Of a stretch of DNA of 64,000 bases, positions 17,088 to 25,892 are shown piece after piece. The position numbers and the translations under genes were made by a program. The notes under the pieces are model-generated. The model was not told where the DNA came from. It saw only the letters and a list, made by a program, of their open reading frames with translations, and did no database searches. The DNA is from Lysobacterales bacterium (lineage in GTDB: Bacteria > Pseudomonadota > Gammaproteobacteria > Xanthomonadales > SZUA-36). The first letter of the stretch is position 1. Every line of letters starts with the position of its first letter. Location of the stretch: NCBI GenBank assembly GCA_041601535.1, contig JBFIHZ010000001.1, positions 457 through 64,456 of the forward strand, given 5' to 3'.

Positions 17088-18176
17088 TCAGCCACTGGTC
17101 GAACGGCAGCTTTCCATCGCGCGATTGATTTCCGTGGCACTGCTCTGGCGGTCAATGACAGCGTCACCCAGGGCGTTCAGCAAAATCAGCCGGATGCCAC
17201 TGGCGAGGGCTTTCTTGTCGAGTTCCAGTGCATCGTTCAGCTCTTGCAGCCCCAGTGAATCCGGCAGTGAAACAGGTAGCTGAAAGCACGACAGTAATTG
17301 CCGCAAACGGTCCGAGCTACCGGCGGCACACAGGCCTCGTTGTTCGCTCAGGCGGGCGGCGATGACCATGCCAATGGCCACCGCTTCACCGTGCAGGTAG
17401 CGCTGGTAGCGGGTGACGGTTTCGATGGCATGGCCAAAGCTGTGGCCGAAGTTCAGAATGGCGCGTATGCCGCTTTCGCGCTCATCCGCAGCCACTATTT
17501 TGGCCTTGTTGGCCACGCAGCGGTCGATAAGGTGACTCAGGGCGGCTGGTTCGCGCTGGCTGATCTGCTCGCTGGAGGACTCCAGCCAGTCGAAGAATTC
17601 GCTGTCCATGATTGCGCCGTACTTCACCACCTCGGCCAGACCGGCCCGGTATTCACGTTCCGGCAGCGTGTTCAGTGTGCGGGTATCAATCACCACGGCG
17701 GCCGGCTGGTGGAAAGCCCCGATCAGGTTTTTGCCGCGGGCGTGATTGATGCCTGTTTTGCCACCAACCGAGGCGTCCACCTGGGCCAGCAAAGTCGTAG
17801 GAACTTGCAAAAACTTCACGCCGCGCATGTAGCTGGCCGCGGCGAAACCGGTCATGTCACCCACCACGCCGCCGCCCAGCGCGATCAGGTTGACGTCCCG
17901 CCGCGCCTGCATGTCTACCAGTCGATCGATGATTTCCGACCAGGTGGACAGGTTTTTGTGCTGTTCCCCATCCGGCATGACATGAACTTCGGCCTCCCGG
18001 CCCGGCAGGGCAGAGCGCAAGGCGTCAAGGTACAACGGCGCCACCACGTCGTTGCTGACGATCAGTGTTTTGCCGTCGCCCAGATGATGTTGCCACAGCG
18101 ATTGGGCGGACAAGGCCCCGGCACCAAGGTAAACCGGGTAGGCATGGTCGGCCAGTTCGATGTTGATGGTGTGCAT
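17088..18176 (-). CDS. aroB: 3-dehydroquinate synthase
   Basis: [19 protein letters not shown] and [11 protein letters not shown] motifs. ATG 18176 ([18 protein letters not shown]) lies 1 nt after the aroK stop. Confidence 0.93.
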   Translation of the reverse strand: MHTINIELADHAYPVYLGAGALSAQSLWQHHLGDGKTLIVSNDVVAPLYLDALRSALPGREAEVHVMPDGEQHKNLSTWSEIIDRLVDMQARRDVNLIALGGGVVGDMTGFAAASYMRGVKFLQVPTTLLAQVDASVGGKTGINHARGKNLIGAFHQPAAVVIDTRTLNTLPEREYRAGLAEVVKYGAIMDSEFFDWLESSSEQISQREPAALSHLIDRCVANKAKIVAADERESGIRAILNFGHSFGHAIETVTRYQRYLHGEAVAIGMVIAARLSEQRGLCAAGSSDRLRQLLSCFQLPVSLPDSLGLQELNDALELDKKALASGIRLILLNALGDAVIDRQSSATEINRAMESCRSTSG

Positions 18177-18177
18177 T

Positions 18178-18747
18178 TCAGCTTCCATGGCTGGTTTCAC
18201 CCGCCTGCCCGGCGGGTTGATTGCTGGCATTGAATTGCTTCAGCGCTTCCATAATGGAATGGATGGTGCCATCAACATTGCGACCGCGAATGGTTACAGT
18301 GATGTCCGCAACTGATTCGTACAGGGGGTTACGGATTTCAGCCAGTTCCAGCAACTTTGCCTGTTTATCGTCCGTTTGCAGCAACGGCCGGGTTTTATCC
18401 CTGCGCAAGCGGTCCAGTTGCTGCTCCACCGACGTGCTCAGATACACCACGGTTCCGCCTTGCTTGAGCATCTGCCGGTTCTTCTCACTCAACACGATAC
18501 CGCCACCGGTGGCCACCAGCACGTCACTCATTTGCGACAGCTTGTCCAGCATGCGGGTTTCGCGTTCCCGAAAACCGGATTCGCCCTCGATATCGAATAT
18601 CAGGTTTACGCTGGCCCCGGTAGTGGCCTCGATCTCGTGGTCGCTGTCATGGAATTGCAGGCCCAGTTTCTGGGCCAGACGTTGCCCAATGGTGGTTTTG
18701 CCTGAACCCATGGGACCAACCAGAAAAATGTTACCTCTACCCTTCAC
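18178..18747 (-). CDS. aroK: Shikimate kinase
   Basis: Walker A GPMGSGKTTIG and DSD...ATGGG motifs. GTG start. aroK-aroB order is conserved. Confidence 0.93.
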   Translation of the reverse strand: MKGRGNIFLVGPMGSGKTTIGQRLAQKLGLQFHDSDHEIEATTGASVNLIFDIEGESGFRERETRMLDKLSQMSDVLVATGGGIVLSEKNRQMLKQGGTVVYLSTSVEQQLDRLRRDKTRPLLQTDDKQAKLLELAEIRNPLYESVADITVTIRGRNVDGTIHSIMEALKQFNASNQPAGQAGETSHGS

Positions 18748-18835
18748 CGTGCCGCCGCCTTAAATCCAACGTGCACGACGTGTGAACTTTGGGTACCATG
18801 GCGGAACTTTTTTCACACCTTCTTTTCCATTCCAG

Positions 18836-19357
18836 ATGATTCGATTTTTCATACTGTTTGCAGTGCTCCTGGTCGGGCTGTTCACGCTGGAGATTTTACA
18901 GCCGGCGGAAAAGTACGTCATCCTGCCATTTACCTCGTTTGTGGCTGATGTCAGCGTATGGATTATCAAGTTTTTTGACGATGGCGTCGTGGCCCATGCC
19001 AACGTGATCAGGGACCAGGCGAGTGGCTTTGGAGTACGCATCGAACGCGGGTGTAACGGCGTTGAGGCGATGATTATACTGTTTGCGGCGCTATTTGCCT
19101 TTCCTGCGCCACTAAAAAACAAGCTGATCGGCTTTGTGGCTGGTTTTTTCGCCATTCAGTTACTGAATCTGGTACGTATCGTAAGCCTTTTTTACCTCGG
19201 TCAGTGGAATCAGGTGGCGTTTGAATGGTTCCACCTGTACTTGTGGCAAGCCCTGATCATCATGGATGCACTGGTGGTCTGGCTGGTGTGGTTGCGTACC
19301 CTGCCGCAGGCCAAGCTGAAACGCCAGATGGAGGCTGCGGCCAGGCAGGATGGCTGA
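18836..19357 (+). CDS. Compact exosortase/archaeosortase-family protein (about 173 aa; size resembles the small XrtH-like class)
   Basis: Polytopic membrane protein with the family's Cys/Arg/His signature in order: IERGCNGVEAMI (Cys codon 19052-19054), LNLVRIVSLF, EWFHLYLWQ. I prefer ATG 18836 to GTG 18782. Confidence 0.62.
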   Translation: MIRFFILFAVLLVGLFTLEILQPAEKYVILPFTSFVADVSVWIIKFFDDGVVAHANVIRDQASGFGVRIERGCNGVEAMIILFAALFAFPAPLKNKLIGFVAGFFAIQLLNLVRIVSLFYLGQWNQVAFEWFHLYLWQALIIMDALVVWLVWLRTLPQAKLKRQMEAAARQDG

Positions 19358-19368
19358 TGACCATTGCA

Positions 19369-19388
19369 GGCCGGGCCCGGCCGGGCCC
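19369..19388. repeat. (GGCCGGGCCC)x2 tandem, self-complementary GC block after the exosortase-like gene
   Basis: Read directly. GGCCGGGCCCGGCC (19369-19382) is its own reverse complement. No T-tract. Confidence 0.5.
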
Positions 19389-19414
19389 GTTGACTGCCGA
19401 TAAGTGGTGTTGCG

Positions 19415-19996
19415 ATGTTATCACCGGAAATCATTAATCGATTCAATGAGTGCCTGGAAACGGCGCGCCAGGCCGGTGAGCCTGAGCCCACTGCCATGGT
19501 GTTGGCCACTACCGATGGTCACGGCGCTGTCGCCAGCCGCACGGTTCTGCTCAAATCCATAGATTCAGGCGGCTTCACCTTTTACACCAATACACAAAGC
19601 CGCAAAGGCCAGCATTTACAGGCCTGTCCGCGCGCTGCGGCCACTTTTCTCTGGAAAGCCAGCTTTTGCCAGGTTCAGCTGGCTGGCGCTGTCACGCCGG
19701 TAACAGCGGCCGAAGCGGACGCCTATTTCGCCAGCCGTGACCGCGGCAGTCAGTTGGGTGCGTGGGCATCAGAGCAATCCCGTCCGCTGGCCAGCCGCGA
19801 ACTGCTGGAACAACGGGTGGCTGAGCTGGAGCGGCAGTACCAGAACCAGCCCGTGCCACGGCCGCCGCACTGGTCGGGTTACCGCATTGAACCGGACGTA
19901 GTGGAGTTCTGGTATGGGCGTGAATTCCGCCTGCATGACCGCTTCAGCTATACACCGAAAGGTGATGGATGGCAGGTTCAGCGCCTGTATCCCTGA
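19415..19996 (+). CDS. pdxH: Pyridoxamine 5'-phosphate oxidase
   Basis: RTVLLK, FYTN..SRKG and RIEPDVVEFWYGREFRLHDRF motifs. Confidence 0.93.
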   Translation: MLSPEIINRFNECLETARQAGEPEPTAMVLATTDGHGAVASRTVLLKSIDSGGFTFYTNTQSRKGQHLQACPRAAATFLWKASFCQVQLAGAVTPVTAAEADAYFASRDRGSQLGAWASEQSRPLASRELLEQRVAELERQYQNQPVPRPPHWSGYRIEPDVVEFWYGREFRLHDRFSYTPKGDGWQVQRLYP

Positions 19997-20001
19997 GCCA
20001 G

Positions 20002-20022
20002 ACACCGGCACTCAGCCGGTGT
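20002..20022. terminator. Hairpin between convergent pdxH and the DUF4426 gene
   Basis: ACACCGGC (20002-20009) / loop ACTCA / GCCGGTGT (20015-20022). Weak T-run (GTTTC) on the + side. Confidence 0.45.
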
Positions 20023-20025
20023 GTT

Positions 20026-20478
20026 TCACTCTGTATAAAATTGTTGCCGAAAGGTCAGATCGAACGGCTTTTGTTCGCCTTCCAGTTTTACTTTTACGGT
20101 GAAATTGTAAGTTTCCATGTTATGAATCGGTAACAGGCCGATGTAATAGATGGCTTCTTCGGATTCAACGATTTCACGCATTTCCACGTCACGGCGCTGA
20201 CCGGTCAGGTTGATGGCGCTGGTGGTGACCGCAGCGCGCACCGGCATGCCGACACCGGCTTCACCCTGGCTGTTATCCATTACCGTGATATTGACCAGGG
20301 CCCGGTTGGGCGAGCGGGTAATACCGTATCCCTGGGCGACCTGTGCGGGGATGTGGTTGGAGTTGATCACGTTGTAATGAACGGAGTATTTGCCGAATTC
20401 CTGCGACTGCTGGGCGAGGCAATCGCCTGCCAGCATTACCAGAACCAGGGCAAGTAATTTGCAAAGCAGTGGTTTCAT
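20026..20478 (-). CDS. DUF4426 domain-containing periplasmic protein
   Basis: Signal peptide MKPLLCKLLALVLVMLAGDCLA. FGKYSVHYNVINSNHIPAQVAQGYGITRS is typical of DUF4426. Conserved position after yggT. Confidence 0.72.
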   Translation of the reverse strand: MKPLLCKLLALVLVMLAGDCLAQQSQEFGKYSVHYNVINSNHIPAQVAQGYGITRSPNRALVNITVMDNSQGEAGVGMPVRAAVTTSAINLTGQRRDVEMREIVESEEAIYYIGLLPIHNMETYNFTVKVKLEGEQKPFDLTFRQQFYTE

Positions 20479-20575
20479 ACTTCGGACTCCCGATTGTTGC
20501 TGGGTCTGACAGCGCGGCGGCGTCACTACAGCCTGCGGGCTGGCCAGTGTGAACGGGCCATTCAGCCCGGTTTAC

Positions 20576-21118
20576 TCACCATCCTAGCAGAAGAATCAGA
20601 AAGCGTATGCCAATCAGGGCCACCAGCGGTGACAGGTCAATTCCGGCAATCGGTGGAATGACCCTGCGAATGGGCCGCAGCACCGGCTCGGTCAGCTGAA
20701 ATACCAGTGGAATGGCCGGATGGCGCAGCCCCTGGCCCAGCCAGCTGAGGATAACGGCGACAATGATCAGGAAGAAGTAGGTCATCAACAGCGTCATCAG
20801 CAGCTTGATGCAGGCGAAAGCGATGACCTGCTGGAAAGGCAGTGGCGCGGAACCAATTTTACTGACCAGCCAGATGCCCAGAACCTCAAGTAACAGCATC
20901 AGCACCACGGATGCGGTATCGAGGCGGCCGATGGAAGGAATTATTCGTCTCAATGGCACCAGCGCCGGGTTGGTGACCTTGACCAGAAACTGGGACAGGG
21001 GATTGTAGAAATCGGCCCGCACCCACTGCAACATCAGGCGCAGCATCACGGCGGCCACGTACAGACCTATCAGGGTGCTGACCAGATAGGAAAGCGCATT
21101 GACGCCGGAGGAGCTCAA
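20576..21118 (-). CDS. yggT: YggT family membrane protein
   Basis: Two YGGT repeats (LQWVRADFYNPLSQFLVKVTNPALVPLRR; HPAIPLVFQLTEPVLRPIRR). An in-frame TTG at 21118 lies 16 nt after the proC stop. The longer ORF to 21430 would overlap proC. Confidence 0.8.
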   Translation of the reverse strand: MSSSGVNALSYLVSTLIGLYVAAVMLRLMLQWVRADFYNPLSQFLVKVTNPALVPLRRIIPSIGRLDTASVVLMLLLEVLGIWLVSKIGSAPLPFQQVIAFACIKLLMTLLMTYFFLIIVAVILSWLGQGLRHPAIPLVFQLTEPVLRPIRRVIPPIAGIDLSPLVALIGIRFLILLLGW

Positions 21119-21134
21119 GTCTGTGGCTCCCGGT

Positions 21135-21944
21135 TCATGCCTTGTCTCCGGCCAGTTCCTTGCCACGCCGTTCAGCTGCCTCGGCAGCTGCCAGCACCAG
21201 GGCGGCAAAACCGCCTCGTTCAAATGCTTCCAGTGCCGCCTGGGTAGTGCCGCCTGGTGAAGTAACCCGGCGGCGCAGTTCGGCTGCGTCTTCTTCTGCT
21301 TGCTCCAGCATGGCGCCAGCACCCGAACAGGTCTGTTCCGCCAGTTGGCGGGCGATGTCTTCGGGCAGGCCCAGCTTCGTTCCCGCTTGGGCCAGGCACT
21401 CCGCCAACAGGAAAAAATACGCGGGCCCACTGCCGGAAATGGCGGTAACGGCGTCCATCAGGTTTTCGTCATCAATTCGCACCACCTTGCCCGCAGCCTG
21501 TAATACACGTTCGGCCTGCTCCAGGTGATGTGGCCGGCAGGTGGCGCTGGCGCACATGCCGGAGATTCCGGCACCAATCAGTGCGGGCGTATTGGGCATG
21601 GAGCGCACAATAGCCTGCTGGCTGTCCAGCCCGGCGGTAATCTGACCGATGGTGATGCCGGCTGCAATGGACAGGACCAACTGCCCTGGTTCAATCGCGC
21701 CGGACAGGTCGGCCAGTACCATGGGCATCACCTGGGGTTTTATCGCTAGCACGATCACATCCGCACCGGCCGCGGCCTCCGCAGTGCTGGCCGAGACAGT
21801 GATATCAAAGCTCGACTGCAGGCGTTTCCTGGCGTCTTCATTCGGGTCTGCCACGTGAATCTGAACGCGTGTTCCATGCCGCTCTTTGAGGCCACTGATC
21901 ATCGCGGTAGCCATGTTGCCGCCACCTATGAACGCAATTTGCAT
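21135..21944 (-). CDS. proC: Pyrroline-5-carboxylate reductase
   Basis: IAFIGGGNMA Rossmann motif, MPNTPALIG, and the C-terminal SPGGTT motif. Confidence 0.93.
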   Translation of the reverse strand: MQIAFIGGGNMATAMISGLKERHGTRVQIHVADPNEDARKRLQSSFDITVSASTAEAAAGADVIVLAIKPQVMPMVLADLSGAIEPGQLVLSIAAGITIGQITAGLDSQQAIVRSMPNTPALIGAGISGMCASATCRPHHLEQAERVLQAAGKVVRIDDENLMDAVTAISGSGPAYFFLLAECLAQAGTKLGLPEDIARQLAEQTCSGAGAMLEQAEEDAAELRRRVTSPGGTTQAALEAFERGGFAALVLAAAEAAERRGKELAGDKA

Positions 21945-21976
21945 GAGTCTGGTATTCCTGTGGTTGGTTTGACGGT

Positions 21977-22663
21977 TCAGCTGTCGCGCGGGCCAAACAG
22001 GTCCGTGCCTACCCGCACCATGGTGCTGCCGGCAGCTATGGCCTGCTCCAGGTCAGCGGACATGCCCAGCGACAGCGTATCCAGTTTCAGGCCGTGCTCA
22101 CACAGTTGTTCAAACAAGTGGCGCAAGCGCTCAAAGCTGTGCACCGGATCGTGACCATTGCCGGGCGGGCGGGGTATGGCCATCAGGCCCCGCAGACGTA
22201 ATCTTGGCAGCCCGGTGGCGGTCAGTGCAAGTTGCAGTACATCTTCCGGCCGAATTCCCGATTTTTGCTCTTCTTCGTCTATGTTCACCTGCAAACAGAT
22301 GTTCAGATCGGGCAGGTGATCCGGTCGCTGCCGCGACAGACGCTGCAACACTTTTTCACGGTCCACGCTTTGCACCCACTGGAATCGCGCGGCGATTTCC
22401 CGTGTCTTGTTGGACTGGATGGGGCCGATGAAATGCCATTCGATACCGAGGTCAGCGAGCTCGTCCTGCTTTTCTGCTGCCTCCTGCAAGTAGTTTTCGC
22501 CAAAAGCAGTTTGTCCGGCCGCATGCATTGCGCGGATTTTATCCACCGTCTGACGCTTGCTAACGGCCAGAATCCGCACCGAGTCCACGGGCCGTCCGGC
22601 CTGGCTGCAGGCAGTGGATACGCGTGCACTTACATTCTGAAGATTGGCGTTTAAGTTGTTCAT
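21977..22663 (-). CDS. yggS: YggS family pyridoxal-phosphate homeostasis protein
   Basis: ILAVSKRQ (PLP lysine), HFIGPIQSNK, LSLGMSADLEQAI. Confidence 0.9.
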   Translation of the reverse strand: MNNLNANLQNVSARVSTACSQAGRPVDSVRILAVSKRQTVDKIRAMHAAGQTAFGENYLQEAAEKQDELADLGIEWHFIGPIQSNKTREIAARFQWVQSVDREKVLQRLSRQRPDHLPDLNICLQVNIDEEEQKSGIRPEDVLQLALTATGLPRLRLRGLMAIPRPPGNGHDPVHSFERLRHLFEQLCEHGLKLDTLSLGMSADLEQAIAAGSTMVRVGTDLFGPRDS

Positions 22664-22788
22664 CTTGCAGGAAGACTATGCATTGTTCTATGGTAGAATC
22701 TTGTGCCAGGGGTTTACGGACCGCACACCGGGTTTCTTTACGTTATATCCAGCATTGTAGCGTGACCGGTCAGATTCAAGGAGAGAAC

Positions 22789-23826
22789 ATGGATATTGCA
22801 GAGCTGTTGGCCTTTTCGGTCAAGAACAACGCATCGGATTTGCACCTTTCAGCCGGGTTGCCGCCCATGATTCGTGTTGATGGTGACATTCGCCGCCTGA
22901 CACTGCCTGCGATTGACTCTCCCCAACTCAGTGAACTGTTGTACAGCACCATGAGCGACCAGCAGAGGCGCGATTTCGAAGCCAATCTGGAAGTGGATTA
23001 TTCCTACTCCGTATCAGGACTGGCGCGTTTTCGCGTAAATTGTTATCACCATGACCGTGGCGTAGGTGGTGCGTTTCGTACCATTCCCGACTCAGTGTGG
23101 AAACTGGAAGACGTGGGTGCGCCGCCGGTGTTCCGGGAAATCATCGATGTTCCCCGCGGTCTGGTGCTGGTGACCGGCCCCACGGGTTCCGGCAAATCGA
23201 CCACGCTGGCGGCCATGATTGATCACCTCAACTCGTATGTTGAGGGCCATATCCTGACCATTGAAGACCCCATCGAATTTCTGCACAAGAGCCGCCGCTG
23301 CCTGATCAACCAGCGTGAGGTCCACCGCGACACGCATGGCTTCAACCAGGCCCTGCGCGCTTCTCTGCGTGAGGATCCGGATATCATCCTGGTGGGCGAA
23401 ATGCGTGATATTGAAACCATCCGGCTGGCCCTTACCGCGGCGGAAACCGGTCACCTGGTATTTTCCACCCTGCACACCAGTTCCGCGCCGAAAACCATCG
23501 ACCGCATCATTGACGTCTTTCCAGCCGGCGAGAAGTCGATGGTACGATCCATGTTGTCTGAGTCACTGCGCTCGGTAATCACCCAGACCCTGCTCAAGCG
23601 GGTGGGCGGCGGCCGTGTGGCGGCCTGGGAGATCATGGTGGCCACGCCGGCCATACGAAACCTGATTCGCGAAGACAAGGTGGCGCAGATGTATTCGGCC
23701 ATTCAGACTGGCCAGAACGTCGGAATGCAGACGCTGGACCAGGCCTTGGAAGCCCTGGTTGCCAGGGGCATCATTACCCGGCAGGAAGCCGGCAGACGGG
23801 CAGTTGATCGCAAACTGTTCCAGTAG
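22789..23826 (+). CDS. pilT: Type IV pilus twitching-motility ATPase PilT
   Basis: MDIAELLAFSVKNNASDLHLSAGLPPMIRVDG, Walker A GPTGSGKSTT, LVGEMRD, GHLVFSTLHT. RBS AAGGAG before ATG 22789. Confidence 0.93.
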   Translation: MDIAELLAFSVKNNASDLHLSAGLPPMIRVDGDIRRLTLPAIDSPQLSELLYSTMSDQQRRDFEANLEVDYSYSVSGLARFRVNCYHHDRGVGGAFRTIPDSVWKLEDVGAPPVFREIIDVPRGLVLVTGPTGSGKSTTLAAMIDHLNSYVEGHILTIEDPIEFLHKSRRCLINQREVHRDTHGFNQALRASLREDPDIILVGEMRDIETIRLALTAAETGHLVFSTLHTSSAPKTIDRIIDVFPAGEKSMVRSMLSESLRSVITQTLLKRVGGGRVAAWEIMVATPAIRNLIREDKVAQMYSAIQTGQNVGMQTLDQALEALVARGIITRQEAGRRAVDRKLFQ

Positions 23827-23836
23827 GAGTAATGCC

Positions 23837-24964
23837 ATGAGTACTGTAGACGGTTGGCTGAAACAACTTCATGAAGAAGTCGGCTCAGATTTGTTCGTCA
23901 CGGTGGACGCACCGCCCTGCATCAAGGTGCACGGCAAGATAAAGCCCATTTCCACCGATATGCTGACCGCGGATGCCGCCCGTGAGGTGGTGTTCAGCAT
24001 GATGACCGAGCGGCAGAAGAACGAATTCATTCAGACCAATGAATGCCAGTTTGCCTATTCTCTGGATGCTGAAGTGCGTTTTCGCGTGAGCGCATTTTTC
24101 CAGCAGGGCGTGATCGGCATGGTCTGCCGCCGCATTGAAAGCCGTATCCCGACGTTTGACGAGCTGGGCTGCCCCGATGTAATGGCTGAACTGGCGCTGC
24201 AAAAACGCGGCATCGTGCTGTTCGTTGGTGCAACCGGTACCGGTAAATCCACCTCCATGGCCGCCATGATCGGCTATCGCAACCAGCGCATGACCGGCCA
24301 CATCATTACCGTTGAAGATCCAATTGAGTATGTCCACCGCCACGGCAAGAGCCTGGTCACGCAGCGTGAAGTCGGTATTGATACCGAATCTTTCGAAGTG
24401 GCACTGCGTAACACCCTGCGCCAGGCCCCCGATGTGATCATGATTGGCGAAATTCGCACGCGCGAGGCGATGGAACACGCCATCACCTTTGCCGAAACCG
24501 GGCACCTGGTTTTGTGCACCCTGCATGCCAATAACGCCAACCAGGCACTGGACCGTATCCTGCACTTTTTCCCGGAAGATTTCCGGGAACAACTGCTGCT
24601 GGACTTGTCATTCAACCTGAAAGCCACGATAGCCCAGCAGCTTATACCGTCGCTGGACGGCTCGCGGCGCTGGGCCGCGTTTGAAGTATTGATGGCCACG
24701 CCGCTGGTCAAGGACCTGATTCGCAAGGGCGAAATTGATCAGCTCAAGAACGTTATGCGCGACTCCGGCCATCACGGCATGGTGACTTTCGACAAGTGCA
24801 TGTTCCGCATGTACAAGGAAAACAAGATTTCCTACGACGATGCGCTGCGCCATGCTGACTCAGCCAATGAAGTCCGCCTGATGATCAAGATGGACGAAGG
24901 CGGTGATGCCGACACCCTCACCCGGGGTCTGGAAGGGGTGGAAGTGCTGGGCGGGGACCACTAG
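23837..24964 (+). CDS. pilU: PilT-family ATPase PilU
   Basis: GATGTGKSTS, MIGEIRT, GHLVLCTLHANNA. Starts 10 nt after the pilT stop. Confidence 0.9.
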   Translation: MSTVDGWLKQLHEEVGSDLFVTVDAPPCIKVHGKIKPISTDMLTADAAREVVFSMMTERQKNEFIQTNECQFAYSLDAEVRFRVSAFFQQGVIGMVCRRIESRIPTFDELGCPDVMAELALQKRGIVLFVGATGTGKSTSMAAMIGYRNQRMTGHIITVEDPIEYVHRHGKSLVTQREVGIDTESFEVALRNTLRQAPDVIMIGEIRTREAMEHAITFAETGHLVLCTLHANNANQALDRILHFFPEDFREQLLLDLSFNLKATIAQQLIPSLDGSRRWAAFEVLMATPLVKDLIRKGEIDQLKNVMRDSGHHGMVTFDKCMFRMYKENKISYDDALRHADSANEVRLMIKMDEGGDADTLTRGLEGVEVLGGDH

Positions 24965-25007
24965 TTCCGGTCAGCGGTACGTGTGGTGCGCCCATGCGCG
25001 CAGCACA

Positions 25008-25026
25008 TTAACCCGTTGTTAACCCG
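25008..25026. promoter_or_regulatory. TTAACCCG direct repeat x2 with 11-nt period upstream of the two-component operon
   Basis: Identical octamers at 25008-25015 and 25019-25026, about 175 nt upstream of the OmpR-family regulator start. Confidence 0.3.
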
Positions 25027-25199
25027 CGCCCGCGTAAACTGGAGCCATCCGGCGCATGGTTGCTGCCCTTACCCGTGTGCAGTTTGATCTGGTGTTTCGC
25101 GTCGGCGTCCGGCCTTGCTGGATAAATTTCACGGCATGATTATCGTCAGCAACAGCAATGTTGCGCCAGGCTGGCCATTCGGGTGCAAAGGAGTACCAA

Positions 25200-25892
25200 A
25201 TGCGCGTTTTGATAATTGAAGACAACCCCGATATCGCGGCGAACCTGGGAGATTTCCTGGAAGACCACGGTCACACGGTGGATTTCGCCGGTGATGGCGT
25301 GACCGGCTTGCACCTGGCAGTGGTCAATGATTTTGACGCCATCGTGCTGGATCTGGCCTTGCCGGGAATGGACGGTCTGGAAGTCTGCCGCAAGTTGCGT
25401 GGGGATGCGGGCAAGGATACACCGGTGCTTATGCTCACCGCGCGTGACCGCCTGGAAGACAAGCTGTTGGGCTTCAATACCGGGGCGGATGATTACCTTG
25501 TCAAACCATTCGAGTTACAGGAAGTCGAGGCTCGCTTGAAGGTGCTGGCCAGCCGTGGACGCCGCCGGGTACGGCGTGAGCTGAAAGTGGGTGACCTGGT
25601 ATTCAATCTCGACACCCTGTCGGTGAAGCGGGGTTCCAGCGAGATATACCTTAATCCGATTGGCCTGAAGCTGTTGCAGTGCCTGATGGAAGCATCCCCC
25701 AACGTGGTCTCACGCAACGATCTGGAAATGGAAGTGTGGGGCGAAGAAATGCCTGACAGTGACAGCCTGCGTGTACACATTCATTCCTTGCGCAGTGCAC
25801 TGGACAAACCATTCGGCAGCAGCATGATCCAGACCCGTCACGGCATCGGCTACCGGCTGGTGGAGTCAGATGCAGTACCGCCACAGGCTTAG
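25200..25892 (+). CDS. OmpR-family response regulator
   Basis: MRVLIIEDNPDIA, DAIVLDLALPGMDG (phospho-acceptor Asp), LMLTARD, GADDYLVKPF. Winged-helix C-terminus (IQTRHGIGYRL). RBS AAGGAG. Confidence 0.92.
   Translation: MRVLIIEDNPDIAANLGDFLEDHGHTVDFAGDGVTGLHLAVVNDFDAIVLDLALPGMDGLEVCRKLRGDAGKDTPVLMLTARDRLEDKLLGFNTGADDYLVKPFELQEVEARLKVLASRGRRRVRRELKVGDLVFNLDTLSVKRGSSEIYLNPIGLKLLQCLMEASPNVVSRNDLEMEVWGEEMPDSDSLRVHIHSLRSALDKPFGSSMIQTRHGIGYRLVESDAVPPQA

Noticed and set aside
20576-21430. 284-aa version of the yggT ORF
   Set aside because: The first ~104 codons overlap the proC 3' end in another frame and look non-protein-like. An in-frame TTG at 21118 gives a normal-length YggT.
22624-24964. N-terminally extended pilT (22624) and pilU (23759) ORFs
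   Set aside because: The extensions overlap yggS and pilT respectively and lack similarity to PilT-family N-termini. Internal ATGs (22789, 23837) with RBS give canonical proteins.
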